Source of the DNA: a bacterium
Lineage (GTDB): Bacteria > Electryoneota > Electryoneia > Electryoneales > Electryoneaceae
Assembly (NCBI GenBank): GCA_963669175.1
Contig: OY769902.1
Span: 4,576,001-4,640,000 of the forward strand
Length of the DNA: 64,000 nt
Reading direction: 5' to 3'
The position numbers were made by a program, and so were the translations under genes. The notes under the pieces are model-generated. The model was not told the DNA's origin and did not search any database. It worked only from the letters and a program-made list of their open reading frames with translations. Positions 56,801 to 64,000 of this stretch are shown in pieces (positions within the stretch are counted from its first letter, which is position 1; each line of letters begins with the position of its first letter).

Positions 56801-56955
56801 ATAGTAATATTTCCGCATCTCTTTCGCAGGGTCACCACATTATTCCTTTTGATTATTTCTCTAATCTCCCCAGTGGTATTTATTTTATCAATATTCATAT
56901 TGTTCACGAAGGTTCTTCCTATTCCAAATGCCTGAAAGCAGTCTACACAAGGTAG
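53842..56955 (+). CDS. Secreted right-handed beta-helix repeat protein (two units, each ending SPCIDSG...DIGA) with T9SS-type C-terminal domain
   Basis: GSPYIL...VPADSALTIMPGV; Asn/Ser-rich repeats; LYPNPFN...SGIYF. Confidence 0.85.
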   Translation: MRGLTLKIVFFFFLLTGSIKAETMVSGAISGIWNVAGSPYILTGDTVYVPADSALTIMPGVQIEFSICRCFLVYGHLTASGQPDQEIIWNFENDTTFTSALEFSSSTPDTNQLSFCRFINGGRILGKGENECNVSIENSTFDELGSTVHISSNDNTSLRISNCNLRYGTFYLSSIFNGSLSLINNITQGSYDSLSIFITSHYNSQLLVHNNNFYVGQITVSSCSSGQITENIVNSISLLNCSNILINNNSLHQYSLSNSENILTTDNLFLNPFQSDNIIINPLVQINNSSLEFYDNHNVPTCSFIDMFSTSNISYNSFIGTIYFSSYHGPFFNNTIVLSDYFDNLLTQNIITCDESSTLDIWNTIIVGKLGGATSCGISALDRSNPDIRNCCFYRLDREVEGDTCLNSISGNPYFVNEDERDFSLQAISPCIDSGIPVPGHTDPDGSSTDIGAFPFDHTQDHSPVLVSRKKVPAIKSELFRYTAVASDDAEALQIEFAQYPIWLQPEVYASELDAVIDSAVISGIVPNNATDCSILVTITSSDTESVQCWVDLRIFEDELVGPLSGYLPCADAPYYLAGPAWISQYATFEIEAGTRIEVAETDNLTSPAAISCYGNLLFDCSSTDSIVFCSFADNADIKAWNGISFHNQSALSIRNLVIKDASLGLSISSDRRVNIDNSSFSNCFLAVDISTPDSATLNNCTLSSCFNGLSVLSNGPAAVAYSAFSHISNTAISINTGSVSFCSFSNNYTNICINSDSHSGYYYTVSLINNSFRYSYMDLLIFSDDYIDHFDIFNNLFTNSYYNLNLSCNNNTYNIYNNTFYTPSIANSVCINFNTFNSIYISNNIFFYANSGFQSIDSLPPSIVANYNLFFPFPYDSSAGENNIYANPLLFSPESGDFHLLPDSPCIDSGNPDLPHDEDGSRSDIGAIPYDPDWSHFTDTEILIPTEVSLSLYPNPFNDTSSLCLYLPYNATMTYSIYNILGQIVYSNISASLSQGHHIIPFDYFSNLPSGIYFINIHIVHEGSSYSKCLKAVYTR

Positions 56956-57311
56956 ATTGCACTTTGATAAACGCTATTTAGGAGATTTTCATGATGCTGT
57001 CATCTAAAAAACTGCTCTTTACTTGTGTTTTGTTTTTTTGTCTCTTTTCTTATTCATTTGCTTTAACTGTTATTGACGAGTTTCATCCTACTTATGGTTC
57101 TTATTATTCTAATGGTGATGATCGCTTTAATTTACATGATACTGAATTAATACACCTTTCGCTTATTGACGATGACGTATTTCTCTTACGTCATACAGTC
57201 TATATAGAAAATGGTGGATCCTTTATAATTGATCCAGGCGTTTCCCTCTATCTCGTAGATTATATAAAAATTGATGCTAGAAATACAGGTAGTACTTTAT
57301 CAATTGTTGGT

Positions 57312-58614
57312 CACTGCTGTCCGGTAGGTTATCACGATTTCGTGTAACTATCCCGGAGACTTTATAATAATAAAGACTTGCATCACAAGGTGCCGTTGGT
57401 AAGATTGAGTTTGCACACACATTCTCATCAACGGAGGATGCAAGTCATGGCTCAATCTACAACCGTATTGATGCAGATACAAAAGCTTGTACCCAACGAG
57501 CTCTTTGACAAGCTTGCCACGAAGTATCATGTTGATAAATATGCCTCTGTGTTTACGGCATCCACCCATTTTGCGGTTCTGATGTTCGCACAGTTGGCGG
57601 GATTGAAGTCGACACGCGATATTCAGCATGCAACGGCATCCCTGTTCTCAATGGACCCCTTGGTCAATGTAAAGAAGTCGACCCTGGCAGAAGCGAACAA
57701 GCGGATTAACTGGCGATTTTACTACGAACTGTTTCAGGCATTATTCGCCCTTTTCTGTGACAGGTTTTCCAAGCATGATTTTCCCGTTCCCGGTAAACTT
57801 CTTTCGCTTGACAGCACGCTGATTCCGGTATGCCTGGAACGGTTGCCCTGGGCAAAATACCGCACAACAAAAGGTGCTCTGAAACTGCACACCCTACTGG
57901 ATCATGACGGGCTTATTCCACAAGACATTGTCATCACCGACGGCAAGGTCAGCGATATCGGGGCGGCGCGAACCATGCCCATTACGTCAGGCACAACCTA
58001 TCTGGTTGACCGTGGCTACTTCGACAGCGCCTGGTTTGCCAGGATCAATCGCAACCAGGCCTTTTTCGTCACACGCATGAAAAGCAACGTCGGCTTTGAA
58101 TGGACCGAAAAACGAAAGGTGGAAGCCGGAACAGGTGTCCGTGGTGACTGGATTGGTCATTTTGACGGAACCCCGGCAGACCACTATCCTGATCCCTTGC
58201 GCCTGGTACACTTCACCGATCCGGAAACAAAAAAGGAATTGTGGTTTCTGACAAACTTGTTGGAAATAGACGCGTTGACCATTGCGCAGCTCTACAAGCA
58301 ACGCTGGCAGATTGAACTGTTCTTCAAATGGGTGAAACAGAACCTGAAAATCAAGTCTTTTCTGGGGACATCCGAAAATGCAGTGATGTCGCAAATCTGG
58401 GTTGCCATGATCGTCTTTCTCCTGCTAAGAGTGTTGCAAAAGAACGCCGACGAGGCAATCACTACTCATCAACTCTTGGTATTTATCAGCACACATCTGC
58501 TGATCTGTATCCCTGTAGCCAAAGCGTGGCAAGACTTTCAAAGAACAAGCGATATCGAAAAACAAAAACGAAAACAGCAATCAAGAACAATGCTCAATTA
58601 ACCGGACAGCAGTG
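57312..58614 (+). mobile_element. IS4-family-like insertion sequence, 1303 bp
   Basis: 14-bp perfect TIRs cactgctgtccggt/accggacagcagtg; 9-bp target duplication attgttggt at 57303-57311 and 58615-58623. Confidence 0.95.
57447..58601 (+). CDS. IS4-family DDE transposase (DUF4372 + DDE_Tnp_1-like)
   Basis: LDST, KLH, VDRGY, FVTRMK, YKQRWQIELFFKWVKQNL (YREK signature). Confidence 0.94.
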   Translation: MAQSTTVLMQIQKLVPNELFDKLATKYHVDKYASVFTASTHFAVLMFAQLAGLKSTRDIQHATASLFSMDPLVNVKKSTLAEANKRINWRFYYELFQALFALFCDRFSKHDFPVPGKLLSLDSTLIPVCLERLPWAKYRTTKGALKLHTLLDHDGLIPQDIVITDGKVSDIGAARTMPITSGTTYLVDRGYFDSAWFARINRNQAFFVTRMKSNVGFEWTEKRKVEAGTGVRGDWIGHFDGTPADHYPDPLRLVHFTDPETKKELWFLTNLLEIDALTIAQLYKQRWQIELFFKWVKQNLKIKSFLGTSENAVMSQIWVAMIVFLLLRVLQKNADEAITTHQLLVFISTHLLICIPVAKAWQDFQRTSDIEKQKRKQQSRTMLN

Positions 58615-61531
58615 ATTGTTGGTAATACTAATAACAGTATAACAATTTCTTCTTATCGTAATATGTCTGAAGATCTTTATAATGATCCAAATTTCCCTAC
58701 CGATTTGTTGAACGATGATCAGAACAGCCCATATTATCCTTACCCAGATCCCCCTTCCGGTACTGAAGAATTGCAACTAATTTCTCGTTCTACTCATGCA
58801 AACACTGCCTTGGAATATACACATGTTAGTTATTTTATGGATGGCATTATTGCTTGGGATAATATGCCTATATATCATAACACTTTTGATAACTGCTATT
58901 CGTCAGCTATAACTTTACAAGCTGAATATTGCGCTTCTTCTAATGACCACACACAACACAATATTATCAATGATTGTTATAATGGCATTGTTATATCCTA
59001 TGCCAACACTTCTAATCTAGCTATTGTTTCTAACAATACCATTAACAGTTCTACACATGGTATTTACATATGTTCATCAAATGGTTGTCAAATTTACAAT
59101 AATATTATATATGATTGCAACAAAGCTTTCTATTTTTATTATTCTAGCACAATACAAACTATAGCTAACAATCACATTGAATCTTGTAATTATGGTTTTT
59201 ACAACTGCAATAGCAATAATAACAATACACCATGCTTTTGCAATAATAATCTTATAGATATTAACAATACTGCTTTTTATTCTTATGGCACACAAATATC
59301 AGGTACTGATTTCATTTTAAACAATCATGTTTCTAATGCCTATTCTTTATCATATAATGTTACTACAGGAACACTTTTAACAGATTGTGCTTTATTATTC
59401 GGTGACAGTGAATATCATTTATTACATAACAGTCCTTTAGTAGATGCTGGTTGTAATCCAGGTGATAATCCTTATGTTGATTGTGATCTTTATGGAACAG
59501 CACCTGATATTGGCATATATGGTGGTCCTTACGCTGAAAACCATATATTATGTTTAGGTGCTAATTCGGGTTCTTTCCAAATAGGTGACCATTCTCCCTA
59601 TCGGATAACAGAAAATATAACTGTTCCTGCTGGTCAATCTTATTCAATCACTAGTAGCAATTCCGCTAATTGCATTATTGATATCGTTGATAATGTTATT
59701 ATAGATGTACTAGGCACATTCAATATTTCAAGTTCAACTAGTACACCTATGTCAATTACAATTGGCAAGGATGTGACTATTCATGTTTCTGGTACATTAA
59801 ATATTTTAGGTAATGCGACTAATCCAGTTTCTATTGTAAATGAAGATGCTTTATGGAGTGGTATTAATTATGATGGCAACTCTAATGCTAGTCAAATAGC
59901 ACATTCTTATATTGAAGGTTTTAAATCGCTAACAGTAACTAACAGCCACACATTAAATGTATCATATACATCCATCAGCAACTGTGGTTCTTCAAGTTCC
60001 GCAGCATTAATCATTAGCAAGGGTGGGCTATATAATCATATTCATGGTGGTCTAGTATCGAATGGCCCTGGAATAAAGGTTATGGACTCACAATCGAGGA
60101 TTTATTTGACAGATATTATTGCTAATGGATCAGTATCATCCACGATAGAAGTATATAAGGGATATGCCAATCTCAACAGTTGCACTATATGCGATAATAC
60201 TGATTCATATGGGTTAGCGATGCATAATTGTTCTACTGGTTCGATAAAAGGAACGACATTTAGCAATAATAAAATTGGTATATTGTTAGATAATAGCATT
60301 CCTATATTTAGAGAGGAAAATGTTGTTGAATATAATATTGAGAATGGAATAATGCTAATAAATGGAAGTAATATTGCAATGGGACACTCATTAAATCCTT
60401 TGTTTGGTAATGTATTTGGCGATAATGGAAGTACTGGATCAAGTTCAAAGAACGCTGACATTTTGTTGAATGGGGCAGTACCTTATCTTGCAAATATGCA
60501 CAATGATATTGTTGATAATCGTGGGGCCAGCAACCAATACTTAATCTATAATGCGCAACCACCTTCTACTCCACTAGACATATCTTACAATTATTTATCA
60601 ACTTATCCACCAGCTCCATTATCTCGATTTTTTCCACTAGGTGCCTTTGTCTATACGAATGGTGATGCTGTCAGAAACTTCCCGGGATATACATATTTGT
60701 CTGTTGATGATCTTGCTCTCGCTGCATCTTTAGAGGACAATGGCGAGTTCAGTGATGCAGCAGATGTATATCTGGACATCGTATACACTGAAGAAATTCC
60801 TTCTGCTCTAAGTGCCTGGGTACGGTGTTGTTTTTCTGCCGGGATAGAGACTGAGAATATTGTAAATGAACTAAATGCGTGGCTAGGAGATGATATCTAT
60901 GGAAAGACAGCATTTTGGTTGAAAATTTCTGTATTAAACCATGATAATAGCTACGAGGAATCGATAACCATTCTTGAAGACTATATTATGCAAGCTGAAA
61001 CCGAGAATGATTCATTGATGGGGCTATATGAAGAATTAATAACTTATTATCAAATGATGACATATAATGAAGATTTTGGTAACTTAGAAAAAACAGTCCC
61101 TGGAAATAATCCTGCGTACCAAGTAGGTCAGATTTCCTACGCTGTTCCTCGCAGTCAAGCAGATTTTGACCAGAAAGAAGAAGACCTTCTGGCCCAAATG
61201 CATCAGAAGCTAAGTACTTCCATAAATGAGGACAACCTTCTTCCCAAAAAATACTGTCTGCGCCAAAACTATCCTAATCCCTTTAATCCAACAACAACTC
61301 TGAGTTTTGATCTAGTTCACCCAGAAACGGTCAAATTGTCTGTGTACAACATTATGGGGCAGGAAGTTGCACAACTTCTTGATTGTTCCTTGCAAGCTGG
61401 TTCACACAGTATAAACTTTGATGCAAGTAATCTTGCTAGTGGATTGTATTTTTATCGAATTGAAGCAGGTTCATTTATTGATATGAAAAGAATGGTTCTT
61501 GTGAAATAGATTTTTCGAAAAGCAAGAATAG

Positions 61532-61557
61532 AACCCGGCACGATTTCGTGCCGGGTT
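61532..61557. repeat. 26-bp palindrome/terminator, copy 2
   Basis: Identical to 53565-53590. Confidence 0.9.
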
Positions 61558-61648
61558 ATCTATTGCGGTGCCTTTCAGCACTTTAAGAAAGCGGCTTTAT
61601 GTTGTATGTTCCGGGGAATCGCTTTGGAAACCGATTTTCGGGGGGATC

Positions 61649-63355
61649 ATGTCATCGTCGATGAATCAGCTCCTGGCGGCAGCGCGTGGCGAGCTGGAAG
61701 TGGACTTGCTACTCACGGGTGGAAGTGTGCTGCACGTCCATTCCGGTGAAATCCTGCCCACCGACCTGGCGATCTATGATGGGCGAGTTGTCGGGCATGG
61801 TCCGCGTCCAGCCAAACGAACCCTGGACCTGAAAGGGGCTACGGTTGTTCCGGGGCTGATTGATGTCCATTTCCACATCGAAAGTTCCATGCTTACCCCG
61901 GCACGGTTGGCGGAAATCCTGTTGACACAGGGCACGACAACCGTAGTCGCCGATCCTCATGAGATAGCCAATGTCCTGGGCAAGGATGGTGTCCGCTGGA
62001 TGCATGACGCGACCGAGCACCTCCCGTTGGCGTATCGCTTCTGGCTGCCTTCCTGTGTCCCGGCGACTCACCTGGAAACATCAGGCGCAACCCTGAACGC
62101 GGAAGATCTGCGTGAGCTTTCCTTCATGCCGCGCATGGTCGGACTGGGTGAAATGATGAATGTGCCGGGTGTGATCCATGGCGATGAGGCGGTCCATGCC
62201 AAGCTGGACATGGCACTGCGTCGCACCGGCTTCCCCATTGACGGCCACGCTCCCGGCTTTTCCGGCCCCAACCTGGATGCCTACCTGCTGGCGGGTGTGG
62301 AAGCTGATCATGAATCCTCAGAGCTGCAAGAAGCGCGTGAAAAGCTGCGCAAAAGCATGTGGGCGTTGATTCGAGAAGGGACTGCGGCACGTAACCTGCA
62401 TGACCTGTTCCCGCTGATCAATGAGAAAACCTGGCAGCATATCGCGTTTGTGCTGGATGATCGCCATGTGGACGATCTGCTGGATCGCGGCAGCCTGAAC
62501 AGCATGATCAAGCAGGCGATTCGTTATGGCCTGGACCCGGTTACCGCAATACGGCTCGCCACTCTGACCCCGGCCATGCGTATGGGCTGGAAAACACGTG
62601 GGCACCTTGGACCGGGCGCGGTTGCGGACTTTATTGTGCTGCATGACCTGGAATCATTCGGTATACGGCATGTGTTCACCAATGGCAAGCAGGTTGTCGA
62701 ACACGGACACCTGTGCGAATCCATGCCCAGCTACCCGGCTCCGGCTCCCTCGTTTCACCTGGAAAGCCCTTCTGCGGACGCTTTCATCATATCTGGCGCC
62801 AACGAAGAGGTGCGAACGATAGCCGTCATCCCGGACCAGATCATCACCAAGATGGTTATGATGAGCCCACGTGTGCGTCACGATACTCTTCACGCCGATC
62901 CGCAAACCGATCTGGCCAAGCTGGCCGTTCTGGAACGTCACCACGGAACCGGCAACATCGGACTCGGCTTCGTTCACGGTCTGGGCTTGAAACGTGGGGC
63001 TATCGCATCCAGCATTGCCCACGACAGCCATAACCTGGTCGTTGCGGGGATGGATGACACCTCCATGGCCGTGGCAGCCGATGCGGTCATTCAGGCTGGC
63101 GGTGGATTGGCCGTAGCCGACGGAGAACGTATGGTTGAAGTCCTCCCCCTCCCCGTGGCTGGACTTATGAGCGATGACAACCCCATCGAGGTCTCTTTGC
63201 ACCTGAAGCACCTGGTTAAACTGGCCAAGGATATGGGCACGGTCTACGATCCGTTCATGAGCTTGAGTTTCCTGGCGCTGCCTGTGATCCCCGAAATAAG
63301 ACTGACTGATAAAGGTCTGGTGGATGTGGGGAAATTCGATTTTGTGGCGCTGTAG
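61649..63355 (+). CDS. ade: Adenine deaminase
   Basis: PGLIDVHFHIESSM, ADPHEIANV, EMMN, DGHAPG, DHE, AHDSHNL, LSFLALPVIPE. Confidence 0.96.
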   Translation: MSSSMNQLLAAARGELEVDLLLTGGSVLHVHSGEILPTDLAIYDGRVVGHGPRPAKRTLDLKGATVVPGLIDVHFHIESSMLTPARLAEILLTQGTTTVVADPHEIANVLGKDGVRWMHDATEHLPLAYRFWLPSCVPATHLETSGATLNAEDLRELSFMPRMVGLGEMMNVPGVIHGDEAVHAKLDMALRRTGFPIDGHAPGFSGPNLDAYLLAGVEADHESSELQEAREKLRKSMWALIREGTAARNLHDLFPLINEKTWQHIAFVLDDRHVDDLLDRGSLNSMIKQAIRYGLDPVTAIRLATLTPAMRMGWKTRGHLGPGAVADFIVLHDLESFGIRHVFTNGKQVVEHGHLCESMPSYPAPAPSFHLESPSADAFIISGANEEVRTIAVIPDQIITKMVMMSPRVRHDTLHADPQTDLAKLAVLERHHGTGNIGLGFVHGLGLKRGAIASSIAHDSHNLVVAGMDDTSMAVAADAVIQAGGGLAVADGERMVEVLPLPVAGLMSDDNPIEVSLHLKHLVKLAKDMGTVYDPFMSLSFLALPVIPEIRLTDKGLVDVGKFDFVAL

Positions 63356-63385
63356 TGCAGCTTTTTCCGACCATTCTTCAAGAAT

Positions 63386-63885
63386 CTGCCACCTCGAAGA
63401 GGTGACACTTGAGTAGCGCGGTGCGTAAGCGCTGTCTCTTACTCACATCTTCGTGTTTCTGCCACCCCGTGGGGGTGGGATATTTTAGCGTAGGGTAGGC
63501 GCTGTCTGTTTAGCGCCTACCCTACGAAAAAGATCAAACCTCATATCAACCCTGAAAGGGTTGCATAAAGTATAATTGATACCCAATTGATTTATAAAGG
63601 ATATAAATTACGTTATTACCTGTAATAATTGAATAAACTAATATTGACTGCTCATTATGCAACCCTTCCAGGGTTGATTGTTCGTTAGAAATCCTGACAT
63701 AGTGTACAGGCCAAACAGACGGCCTGTACACTATGCTAAAATAGGGAATCCCGCCGGGATTCTAAAAATGCGATGTCCACAATCCTTTTGCTGATAAAGC
63801 TTTCAGAGGATGTGGGTAAGAGACAGTGCGTAAGCGCCGGGGAAACAATCATCCCCCTCATTCCGATCCTGAAGGGATCGCACAA
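63386..63885. repeat. Cluster of nested palindromes / REP- or MITE-like element
   Basis: Inverted repeats 63420-63449/63809-63838 and 63546-63568/63655-63677; 15-bp-stem hairpins 63489-63526 and 63698-63735. Confidence 0.75.
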
Positions 63886-64000
63886 CCCCTGATTAAGGTT
63901 TGTCCCCTTTGGGCCAGGCTTGGGTGAAGCTACTTTTTCCAGGGGCGGACAACCTGCGCTATTCAAACAGCCCACCTTCACTGGACACAAATGCGGCCAA

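Larger units (their letters stand above)
56991..61509 (+). pseudogene. Secreted beta-helix + helical-domain protein with T9SS-type C-terminal domain, interrupted by an IS (reconstructed 1068 aa)
   Basis: 56991-57311 (107 codons, signal peptide) joins 58624-61509 in frame once the IS and one target duplication are removed; NYPNPFNP...SGLYFY...RMVLVK. Confidence 0.9.

Noticed and set aside
61558-61648. Purine riboswitch upstream of ade
   Set aside because: Conserved purine-aptamer core not found.

Overview
Bacterial chromosome segment, probably from an FCB-superphylum-type organism. This is inferred from ten genes ending in a Por/T9SS type-A-like C-terminal sorting domain (PNPFNP or PNPTNG motif), which together cover about 30 kb of the 64 kb. 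Positions 1 to ~18,430 are the right part of an integrative element abutting the 3' end of tRNA-Asn. It contains a DUF2924 plus large serine recombinase module, two secreted cargo genes, and a phage-like operon (sigma-70-like factor, Cas4/AddB-like nuclease, AAA_24 ATPase, DUF669, ERCC4 nuclease, RecD2, AEP-like primase) preceded by a multi-state RNA leader. The rest is backbone (rpmB, tRNA-Leu, NtrC-family regulator, methyltransferase, STAS, lepB, hemW, PP2C phosphatase, K+ channel, ade) interleaved with secreted-protein genes. Best leads: (i) secreted-protein genes bracketed by direct copies of palindromic REP-like elements (215-bp repeats around 43.7-44.9 kb; an identical 26-bp palindrome around an AT-rich ~8-kb block at 53.6-61.5 kb), suggesting palindrome-bounded cassettes with no mobility gene of their own; (ii) a receiver domain fused to a degenerate McrA-like HNH domain; (iii) an ELD motif where Arg-gingipain has its processing Arg, suggesting Asp-specific maturation; (iv) the RNA switch upstream of the island sigma factor; (v) a nested symmetric palindromic element with reverse-complementary loops at 63.4-63.8 kb. 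An IS4-like element with a 9-bp target duplication interrupts one secreted-protein gene. No CRISPR array, rRNA or reverse transcriptase was seen. All family calls are by motif recognition; no database search was run.
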